Origin: a virus
Lineage: Duplodnaviria > Heunggongvirae > Uroviricota > Caudoviricetes
IMG/VR virus record: IMGVR_UViG_2537561978_000005
Length of the DNA stretch: 64,000 nt
Direction: 5' to 3' (one strand)
Made by a program: the position numbers and the translations under genes. The notes under the pieces were generated by a model. The model was given only the letters and a program-made list of their open reading frames with translations, made no database searches and was not told the origin of the DNA. This document shows positions 9,338 through 18,500 of this stretch, piece after piece (position 1 is the stretch's first letter; each line of letters starts with the position of its first letter).

Positions 9338-10300
9338 GTGAGTATTTTAAATTCAGTTTCAGTAACTTTCAACACTTCTGAGTATAAAAACAACACTGAA
9401 TACCACAAAAAAATCAAAGGTCATCAGTTGAGTTTTTTTGCTCGTCATAGCGGTCTTCTTTCCCCTTCACATAGCGCCATTATTGCCGAGTTCGCCAACC
9501 TGGCAGGGTCTACCGATGAATACATGATCCGTCGCTCATATGCTGATATGTCCGAGATTACAGGACGCAGTATTTCTACTGTGCGCCGGGCATTTGCTGA
9601 AGCGACGAAGTGCGGAATGCTTGTTAAGCAACATCAGGTAGCGAATAACAATGCCCAGGTGTGTAACGTATATCGGTTTACGACACAATTTCTCCACTTC
9701 ATTCATGTAGCAATGGAGATAGGGGGTAAGCAGGGCATCAAATTTGCCAACGCCACAAAACTGGTTAAGCAGTTGATTTCAAAGGTTCGTTATTTTTTTG
9801 AAACTGGGAACCCCCTGTTCAAATTGAACAAGTCCCCCCATGTTCAAAATGAACAGCCAATAGAAAATAAGAGTCACTCTATAGCCAAAAGAAGAGAAAG
9901 ATCATGCGCGGTTCAGCCAAAGGCTTCACCTGCAGATAGTTCTCAAACGGATAACGGGGTACTGGATAAAAAACCAGTAATCAGGGAAGAACATACCAAC
10001 CACTGCCTGGCGGCGGCAAAAGCGAGAGCTGCAAAGCGTCGTTCAGACGAGGGGCACGCAAAACGGCAGGCTCTGTATCGTACCGCTGAAAATCTGGCAA
10101 AAAAATTTGCATGGATACGTAGTGCCGCTACCGCAGTGAATAAGCCTAAACAATCCAGTGCCCTAGATTTCTCAATGGATTATTCTGGCTCCCAGGGGTG
10201 TGCAACCATTGGTGAAGCCTTTGACCTGATGAAACAGCGTGGCTATCGGTCTGAATTTGACCGTGAGGATTGGTCAATCCCTGCGGGATTTAGGGGATGA
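9338..10300 (+). CDS. Hypothetical DNA-binding protein (HTH-like segment ITGRSISTVRRAFAEA); possible replication or kil-type function
   Basis: 320 aa ORF, GTG start, basic C-terminal region; operator-like motif about 180 bp upstream. Confidence 0.5.
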   Translation: MSILNSVSVTFNTSEYKNNTEYHKKIKGHQLSFFARHSGLLSPSHSAIIAEFANLAGSTDEYMIRRSYADMSEITGRSISTVRRAFAEATKCGMLVKQHQVANNNAQVCNVYRFTTQFLHFIHVAMEIGGKQGIKFANATKLVKQLISKVRYFFETGNPLFKLNKSPHVQNEQPIENKSHSIAKRRERSCAVQPKASPADSSQTDNGVLDKKPVIREEHTNHCLAAAKARAAKRRSDEGHAKRQALYRTAENLAKKFAWIRSAATAVNKPKQSSALDFSMDYSGSQGCATIGEAFDLMKQRGYRSEFDREDWSIPAGFRG

Positions 10301-10350
10301 CCTGTGTGTCTACAAAACATCCCAATGATCGGAAAATGCTCGGCCGATTA

Positions 10351-10367
10351 TTTATGTTAGAAAATTA
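10351..10367 (+). promoter_or_regulatory. Operator-like motif
   Basis: TGTTAGAAA at 10355-10363. Confidence 0.4.
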
Positions 10368-10369
10368 AT

Positions 10370-10397
10370 TTGCTGTTTCTAAAACGGAATGTATGAT
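10370..10397 (+). promoter_or_regulatory. Candidate sigma70 promoter overlapped by operator
   Basis: TTGCTG (10370-10375), 16-nt spacer, TATGAT (10392-10397). Confidence 0.3.
10372..10388 (-). promoter_or_regulatory. Operator-like motif (variant TTTCTAAAA), inverted partner of the previous one
   Basis: TTTCTAAAA at 10376-10384, lies in the spacer of a candidate promoter. Confidence 0.3.
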
Positions 10398-10438
10398 CTG
10401 CATCATCGACTGAAGTCATCCATTGCTGAAATTTTTAG

Positions 10439-10467
10439 TTGATCTTCCATGTTTTCAGGCTTATATT
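10439..10467 (+). promoter_or_regulatory. Candidate sigma70 promoter for the immI-like module
   Basis: TTGATC (10439-10444), 17-nt spacer, TATATT (10462-10467). Confidence 0.35.
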
Positions 10468-10599
10468 CATGCCGTCGTAGCAAATTCTGCGACCGGGTTT
10501 GACAGCCTGAATGTTAGTGCGGACAACCGCAGATTTCCGATATTGCGGTATTTTTGTGTCCGTAAACCGCGTTACGCCCGAATTATGGTGGGGCGTGAT

Positions 10600-10690
10600 G
10601 GGGAGGCTTCGGCCTGCTGGTTTCACTAACGCCAGTCTGTCAACCCTGTCACGTCCTGCCACCTGTTTGACAGCGGGTGGCAGGTTGTTA
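10600..10690 (+). ncRNA. Candidate c4-like antisense regulatory RNA
   Basis: Nested inverted repeats (CCTGCCACC 10655-10663 with GGTGGCAGG 10676-10684; CTGTCAA with TTGACAG); TCACTAAC at 10623-10630 is complementary to GTTAGTGA at 10696-10703 covering the SD of the downstream icd-like gene. Confidence 0.3.
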
Positions 10691-10713
10691 AACCTGTTAG
10701 TGAGGCCGTAACT

Positions 10714-10938
10714 ATGGTTAATGCCAATCCTTGCTCACGTCCAGAATTCATCTGGCGTTTCCACTCCCTGCAAAAACGCTGCGATCACTTCGCAATTGCC
10801 GCAACCGAAAAAGAAGCCCGTTCTCTGATCCCTGATCAGCATGGTGTTCTTACTGGTCGTTTCTCTACTTCCCCACAACCAAACACTAATCCCTGGTATC
10901 GCAATATTACCAATCCCGGCATTGCGGAGGCTCACTGA
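10714..10938 (+). CDS. Icd-like small protein (first gene of immI-like operon)
   Basis: 74 aa; paralogue of 49462..49677 (shared EFIWRF, AATE.EARS); SD GTGAGG 8 nt upstream. Confidence 0.5.
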   Translation: MVNANPCSRPEFIWRFHSLQKRCDHFAIAATEKEARSLIPDQHGVLTGRFSTSPQPNTNPWYRNITNPGIAEAH

Positions 10939-11645
10939 TGGGTATCTGCATTCTCGAAAAACTATCAATGACCAGCATTGAGATTGCGGAGCTGGTGGGA
11001 AGCCAACACTCTGACGTTAAACGTAGTATTGAGCGTATGGTTGCTCGAAGCATTATCCGAAAACCGCCAATGGCTGTTTTCGAAAAAATCAATAACTTAG
11101 GATTGCGTCGTGGCGTTGAGGCTTACGTCTTCGAAGGCGAGCAAGGCAAACGAGACAGCATCATTGTCGTCGCGCAGCTCTCTCCCGAATTCACCGCCCG
11201 GCTGGTGGACCGCTGGCGCGAACTGGAAGAACAAGTACGCCAGCCGTTGACCGAAATAGAGATGATCGCTGCAATGGCTGCGAATGCAGTTCAGCAGCAA
11301 AAGCTGATTCATGCTGTTGAGTCAAAGGTTAGCCAGGTCGCTGAAACCGTCGAGCAAATAAAGAAAGGCAATATTCCGGAAGGCTACATTGGCTACCGCC
11401 AGTTGGCGGCGAAATGCGGCCTGACTGAAGCCAAATGCCGAAACCTTGTCAACGCTTACCGGATTCCCACCGATACACATGAGTTTTTGACTCCAGAGGG
11501 GGTATTGTCGCGTCGTTCCATCGTGGCCTTATCTCCCTTCATGAATGCTTTTAACCGGATGATGTCGGAGGCTGAACACCGAGGAAAACGCTGGTATCAC
11601 CCCAAAATGGGGCAATTCCAGGTGATCGGTTGGGGAGGTGAGTGA
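10938..11645 (+). CDS. Rha-family antirepressor (Ant-like), N-terminal 235 aa ending at a premature stop
   Basis: MTSIEIAELVGSQHSDVKRSIERM is the phage pRha N-terminal motif; start overlaps icd stop (TGATG); paralogue 49677..50618 is 313 aa and continuous. Confidence 0.6.
   Translation: MGICILEKLSMTSIEIAELVGSQHSDVKRSIERMVARSIIRKPPMAVFEKINNLGLRRGVEAYVFEGEQGKRDSIIVVAQLSPEFTARLVDRWRELEEQVRQPLTEIEMIAAMAANAVQQQKLIHAVESKVSQVAETVEQIKKGNIPEGYIGYRQLAAKCGLTEAKCRNLVNAYRIPTDTHEFLTPEGVLSRRSIVALSPFMNAFNRMMSEAEHRGKRWYHPKMGQFQVIGWGGE
11133..11237. repeat. About 105-bp patch about 95% identical to 49873..49977
   Basis: Direct nucleotide comparison of the two ant paralogues. Confidence 0.8.
11341..11496. repeat. 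About 156-bp patch about 95% identical to 50101..50256
   Basis: Direct nucleotide comparison; flanking sequence is much more diverged. Confidence 0.8.
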
Positions 11646-11841
11646 TGGACATCATGCAGGCGGTAAAAAAATCAGGGAAGGACAGGCTGAAGTGTGCCGC
11701 CGTAAAGCATGGAGTGTTGGTGTATGGGCCTGGCCTGATAATTACTCTACTACCGGATGGTTTTGTATTAATGGACTCCAGATCCGGGAAGTTGATTTAT
11801 CGACGGCTGATATAGTCGGTAATGATTGGATCGTGACTTGA
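11638..11841 (+). CDS. Ant C-terminal fragment in +1 frame (homologous to C-terminus of 49677..50618)
   Basis: EVCRRKAWSVGVWAWPDN and VDLSTADIVGNDWIVT align with IVCRRASWPEGVWVWPEG and IDLAPEDVVATDWIVS of the intact paralogue; GTG start overlaps upstream stop. Confidence 0.5.
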   Translation: MSDGHHAGGKKIREGQAEVCRRKAWSVGVWAWPDNYSTTGWFCINGLQIREVDLSTADIVGNDWIVT

Positions 11842-11850
11842 AGCGTGATG

Positions 11851-11875
11851 CCCCGGCCTGGCCGGGGCTTTTTTC
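11851..11875 (+). terminator. Rho-independent terminator between convergent genes
   Basis: CCCCGGC-ctg-GCCGGGG followed by CTTTTTT. Confidence 0.6.
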
Positions 11876-12359
11876 ATGCCTCATTAGTTGAGGTTGCTGC
11901 GTCTCCGACTGGTAACAGGGCGGTATTGCGTGGTTCGCCAGCAGGCCAGCGATAGCCAGACACTCTTGATGTTGGGAATGCGCGAATATTAACCGCATCC
12001 CCCTGGTTCCCACCCAGGACAAGCAGATCGCCATTGGCGCGGCGTCCGACAACGAAGCCTACGTGCCCACCGCCTACGCGGGTAAATACAACGATACATC
12101 CGTATGCCGGTGTATCTAATTTCTCGCCCCAATCCAGATAGGATTTTGCCGACTCAAATCTTGTTGAGCGAATGCCTACACGTTCCAGCATTGCACCGAC
12201 AAATGCTGCGCACCACGGCGTTTCATCGTCTTTAATTCCGCCGCGCTTGATGTCGCGCCAGAACTGAACGATTTCAGGGTTGTGTTTAGCGCCTTTTATT
12301 TCAGTCAAGCCAATGTGCTTACGGGCTTCAATTAGCCAGCGAGGTTCAATGTTTGCCAT
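11874..12359 (-). CDS. Papain-like (CHAP/NlpC-P60-type) putative cell-wall hydrolase
   Basis: 161 aa with conserved Cys (ETPWCAAFV) and His (GGHVGFVVG) spaced as in CHAP amidases; RBS GGGAGA. Confidence 0.5.
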   Translation of the reverse strand: MANIEPRWLIEARKHIGLTEIKGAKHNPEIVQFWRDIKRGGIKDDETPWCAAFVGAMLERVGIRSTRFESAKSYLDWGEKLDTPAYGCIVVFTRVGGGHVGFVVGRRANGDLLVLGGNQGDAVNIRAFPTSRVSGYRWPAGEPRNTALLPVGDAATSTNEA

Positions 12360-12510
12360 ATTTTTCTCCCGGTCATGGGTTAATAAGTAGGCAAACTATG
12401 GGGAGTATGTGATTTTGACGGTAGTATCGTCCCCCTGAAAATAACATTCTCCATACCCTCTCAACCGTACCGCATAGCGGAATTTTTTACGGTTTAGAGG
12501 GGGAAATCCT

Positions 12511-15500
12511 TTGGACAAACTACTTCATTCAATCAGTGAAGCCTCCAGCTTAGGCGAACTGATTGAAATTGTTAGTCGGTTGCATAAATTACGTGCTGTT
12601 GCGACCTTTGGCGTCAGGAAAGCCGATGGCGTCAGTATTCAGAAAACACGCCGGGCAGCAAACAATGCCGCAGTAAATCTTCTTAATTCCCTTCCGCCCG
12701 GCTTCGATGGGGCGAAATTAACTGACGAACAACGTCAGATTCTTGCTGGGTATACCGGTGAAGGCGGCCTGACAGATGGTGAGGGCAGCCAATACGAATA
12801 CTACACGCCACAGTTTATGGCTGAAGGTATATGGGAGCTGTTTGCTGACTACGGTATTGATGGCGGTCACGTACTGGAACCATCAGCTGGCACGGGTATT
12901 TTCCAGGAGACAAAACGGCAGGGAATGATAATGACCAGCGCCGAGCTGTCTCCGATCTCCGGTCGAATCAACCAGCTGTTGCACCCGGAAGACGATGTGA
13001 ACATTGGGGCGTTTGAGGCTCTGGCGGCGAAAGACGCAATGTATGACCACGCTGTTGGTAACGTACCGTTTGGCGAAGGCCGTTCCGGCGTTGCAGGGCT
13101 TGATCCGGCATATGCAAACGAGAAGAACGTTGGCAATTACTTTGTGCTGCGCACGATCGACAAGGTTAAACCTGGTGGGCTTATCGTATTGGTGGTGCCG
13201 AATGGCATGACTGATGGTACGAAATACAAAAAATTGCGCGATAAAGTCAGCCGTAAAGCGGAATTTTTGGGCGCGCATCGTATGCCTTCCGGTACGTTCA
13301 GTGAATCAGGTACAGATACCGTGGTGGACGTATGGGTATTGCGTAAACACCCGGAAGCCTTCCTGGAGATGATCCCCGATACGGATGATTCGACGCTCAA
13401 ATCGGCAAACGTCCTTTGGGTTACCTTCCTCAAAGGGAAATGGTTTACAACCGAAGGGAAGCGATTTGTTTACGGCGACATGGAACGTACCAGCTTCCGC
13501 AATACCCTAGTGGTGAAAAAAGACGGTCGTGTATCCAATGAGTCGATGAAAACCGCGCTATCTCGTCGCTTTGATAGTCGCATCAATTGGGATTTGCTCG
13601 GCGTAACTACTCAGGCATGGCAGGGCGCGAAAGTGGGCGATAAACGCCTTGTAGGCGGTATCTGGCATGAGTTTGATGGTCTGAAATGGGTTCAGGACAC
13701 GACAACCAAATCCTCCGCGCTTGATGTAAGTCGATATGGTGTTTCGACGTTTGGCGATCTGCAGATCGCGTTCCAGTCAACAAACGGGATTCTGGCTTTG
13801 TCATGGGACCAGATATCGGCGATCGCGTCCGACTATCCATCGGTTGTCAGTGATGAAGTGGCAGCAATGATTCGCTTTGCTGGCAAGCAGCGAGAAAAAG
13901 ACAGGGAGCGCGTTATGCGCGGTGCACTGATAGGTCAGTTGATCAACAAGGCACTTGATTTGCGTAACCTGGGGGTGAACGTTGATGACAAACTGGCAGA
14001 TGCATCCCGCTTGGCGGCAGCAGAAGTTGCGAAGTATGGACCACCGCACGCGATTAAGCTGAATGGGCTTGCTGAAGCTGGCGCTAAAAACTGGATGACG
14101 TTCACTGGCAATGTGAAACAGGATGGTTCCACTTCTGACCTTCTGGCAGGGCGACTTGATGTAACGGATGGTGCTGCCGGTATTGACTTTACGCGTCCTG
14201 AACAAGTGATAGCACATCTTTTTAGTGATGTAGCCCTTAATCCTATAACGCTGGGCGACTTTCGTGAGGCGTTTGCTGGTGAACTGCCAGAGGACGACGA
14301 CGCGGTCCTTGAATACCTGGCGAAATTTGATGATATCGCTATTGATGGGTATGGCTGTCTGCTGCCGATGGACCGCGCCACCAGCGGCGATGTTGCAACC
14401 AAAACAGCACTGCTGGTGGGCTGGCGTGATGCGTCAACAGGTGAGCAGAAAGCGAACTTTGAGCGTCAGTTGGCGAAAATCGAAGAGAAACGCATTTTCA
14501 CGCCACTAAATAAAGTCACCGTTAATCTGAATGCCCGCTGGCTGGATCGCCGCTTGATAAAAGAGTTCCTGGCAGAGCAGGGCTATGACGAGTTTAAGTA
14601 CACTGAACCTGATCTGAAGGTCGTCGATGGCATTCTGGTATCTCCGGACGATTACGAAGGTAAGGACGGGGTATTTACCGGCTATCAGCTACGAACCGTA
14701 AACGGCAAAAACGGGAATGAGTTCAAGAAGGCCAACAATAAAGACGGCTTCCTGAACCAGTTAGAAAACTACCTGAACGGTGTTAAACCGCGTGGGCAGA
14801 ACGCTAACGAGTACCTGGATAAAATTGCTCAACTGGAAGTTAGCTTTAACGACTGGTTACGCACCCACCCGCAGGCGGATCAGATAGCCCGTGACTATAA
14901 CGACGCATTCAATGGTTTCATTCCGTTCACACATTCTGACGCACCGCTTGGCCTGGAAGGGATTAGTGGAAAGCGCATTCCTCTGACTTATCAGAATGAA
15001 GAAGTTCGGCGCTTGTCAGAAGATGGGCGTGGCATCATGGGATTTGGTACCGGGCTGGGTAAAACCACGACCGCGCTTGCGCTTGAGGCGTATAACTTCG
15101 AAACAGGTCGCACTAAACGCACGTGTATTGTTGTTCCGAAGGCGGTTTATCAGAACTGGTATCACGAGGCACAGAGTTTCTACAGTGCTGATGCCTTCGC
15201 CAATATGATGTTTATCGGTTTGGATGAAGTTCGTGATGACAGCGGAAATATTCTGACCGCGCCGGTGCTTGATGAAAATGGCGAACCACGCCTCGACAGT
15301 AACGGGCAGCCTCTTACCAGAAATGTTGTGAAAGAGTCCTCCAGCGCCGTTATCGTTCAGCGTATGAACATGATCCCGTCGTCAAATTGGCGAACGGTCA
15401 TCATGACAAAAGAACAATTCGCGTCTATCCCGCTACGAGAAAAAACCATCGAGGAGAACTCACAGCAAGCTGTCTTTAATGCTGTGGAAATGGGGCGTCT

Positions 15501-18500
15501 TGACCTGGCGTCCGGTAAACACCGTGATGCGCAGAAGAAGAACAAGATTAAGGATCAGGCCGCGAATACCGGTACAACGAAGAAGCAGAATATCCCTTAC
15601 TTTGAGGATATGAACTTCGATAGCGTGATTGCCGACGAGGGGCATAACTACCGCAACTCCTTTAATGCCGGGCGTGAAGCGGGACAACTGGCATATTTGC
15701 CTAACCCGGCAGTATCCAAGATGGCCCGCGACATGGCTGTAAAAGCTGCGTACATGATGAAACGCAACAACGGGCGTGGTGTAGTCATGCTGACGGCAAC
15801 ACCGCTGGTGAACAGTCCGATTGATGCCTTCAACATGCTGTCTACTGTCATTCCGCAGGAAGAGTGGATGCGTATGGGCATCATTACGCCTGATGATTTC
15901 GTTCGTGTGTTTGGCAAAACAGCCACAGTTCAGGTCCAGAAAATTTCCGGGGAAGTGGAAGAGAAGCAGGGGCTGGTGGGCTTCCAGAACCTTGACGGCC
16001 TGCGTGGTATTTTCCATCGTTGGACCACTCTGAAGACTGCTGCAGATGTCGGAGCGACGGTTAAAATTCCCGACATCATCGAGAACACCTTGCAGATCCC
16101 GATGACAGGGGAGCAGGAGACTGCTTATGAAGAGCTTCGTAAGCGTGCTCAGGAGTTAAGTCGCAATGATGAGCTGACAGTCGATGAAAACGGGCATATC
16201 ACTAACGACAAACCGGATGATTTCATCTTCTCCATCATCCGTGACATGGATAAGGTTGCTATAGACCCGGATCTGTATGCCAGTGCGATTACATTCCAGT
16301 TCCCCGTTGAGCTTGCAGACCAGGTAAAAGCTATTGCTGATGCCTTGCCAAAAGTAGCTGGCGGTAAAGTGGCAGATGATGTTGATGAGGCCGAGGAAGA
16401 CGGCGCTGGCGGGCTGGTCAGTACGCGTACCAGCAAGGTAGTGAAGACCGCTTTTAGTGAACATCCGACGCATGTTGAAATACGTGCCAGCATTGAACTG
16501 GAAGCTGAAATACTGAAGGCCATTGCGGCTGCCGGCATTGATATGCAGCAGGTGTCGCACCCCATCCCGCCGAAGTATGCCGCGCTGATCGAAAATCTTC
16601 GTGAAGGTCTGAAGAACGGTAAGCAGATCGTCTTTATTGATGAAAAAGCCCAGCACCAGAAGCTGCGCCGTATTATCGCCAGTGCACTGCAAATGCCGGA
16701 GCAGGAGATTGGCATTATCAATGCGACGACAGTTAGCCAGGCTGGTGGCATCAAGCTGAAGAAGGTGAATAAGCCGACCGAACCTACTCCAAACAAAAAC
16801 GGTGAATACAAAGAAGGGGCATGGGAAACCTACTACAGCAAACTTGCCCAATATGAGGATTATCTCTCCGCTAAAAATGATGCTGGCCTTGAGGGCATGG
16901 AAGGTATTGCCGCCGACTATAACGAAGGTCGCACGCGCATCATAATCTGTAACAAGAAGGCTGAAGTAGGTATTAACCTGCACATCGGGACAACCGATAT
17001 CCACCACCTGACACTACCCTGGACACCAGCCAGTATCGACCAACGAAATGGGCGCGGTGCGCGCGTAGGTTCACCGCAAGAAAAGGTCAATGTTCACTAC
17101 TATTGTGGCAAAGGCACATTCGACGACTTCCGTCTGGATACGCTGAAACGTAAGAAAGACTGGATCAAGATGGTGATGACATCCGACATGTCAGAGATCG
17201 CCAATGGTGATGCGGATGATGCTGATGAACGCGCCATTATGCTGGCGGCAAACCCGGAAGAACGCCGCGCAATCATGGCTCGCCAGGCGCAAGAGCGTGA
17301 AGAACGTCTGAAACTGAAAGCACAGCGCGAGGCCAACAATGCTCTCGATATCTACCTGAAAGCGGCAAACGCCGCCGGAAAAGATATCGGCATGATGGAG
17401 ACAGAACTGAAAAGCGCGATGGAACAGATAGAGTATTACCAGCGCAATCTTGACGACCTGATAAAAGCGGGTACGAACAGGAATGGGCAAAAATACGCGC
17501 TTGAGCAGTTGAGTAGCTACAGAAAACGTGCGCGGGTGCTGCGGTTTGCGATCACCAGGGCAAAAGACGCGGATACCATAATGAAACGCTCTCGTGGTGA
17601 TGTGGAGCGCGCTATTAAGTCTGGTGTGCTGGATATCAGTATCGATGTTATTCAGAACCCACAGGAATATATGCGCACTGACAAGAATATCCTGTTGCAT
17701 AAAGGTAGTTATTACCGTGCAGTCATTGATGATCGCGAAACAACAGCGATTGTCCGGGTGGAAAAAATTGACGGTGAAAAAGCACAATACCTCTGCCGTA
17801 TCGCCTGGCTGGATAGAGCAAGTCGTTACGCTCGAGCACCGGGGTCAATCGTTACATTGCCGTTTGACTCTGTGATTGAAGCGGTAACTTTTGAAGAGGG
17901 GGTAGCTGAATCGCGCGCAACGGCTGCGCGTGGTGTTCAGTGCCACCAGCTATCAACAATACTTACTCGCGATCAGTTCTATGATGCTATTCGCAATGGG
18001 GTAATGAATGTTATTGCTGGTAAACCTGGTAATGCATGGGGCGGTGGGTCAGCTATTAAATACTGGGCATATCGCACAGATGATGGTCAGATCGCGCTGT
18101 CATCGGCCTATGATGGCGTGATAGGCCAAAAAATCGGGCGAGCATCGGATATAGCACCTGAGCGATGGATATATCCTGATGGCAACGACGAGGCGCTGAA
18201 GCGTGAAGTGGCAAAAATACAAGCCAGTGATAACCCGCTGAATATCGTGGACGGCGAGGGATTCCTCCAGGCATTGTATGGGTATGATTACACCCAGGGA
18301 ATGCAGGCATGGGGCGCACAGGCAACGATGGATGATGTTGCCCATGAGTTCGAAAACTGGATGGCTGGGCGTGGTCTGTCAGGTCGTTCGCTTAATAAAG
18401 TCACTTCTGAAGATATTCTTAGCTTGTTCCGCAAACCGTCCGGAGAAGGTCTGGAATCATTCTGGAGGACCGTGCTGGCATACCGTTTATTCCAGGGCAG

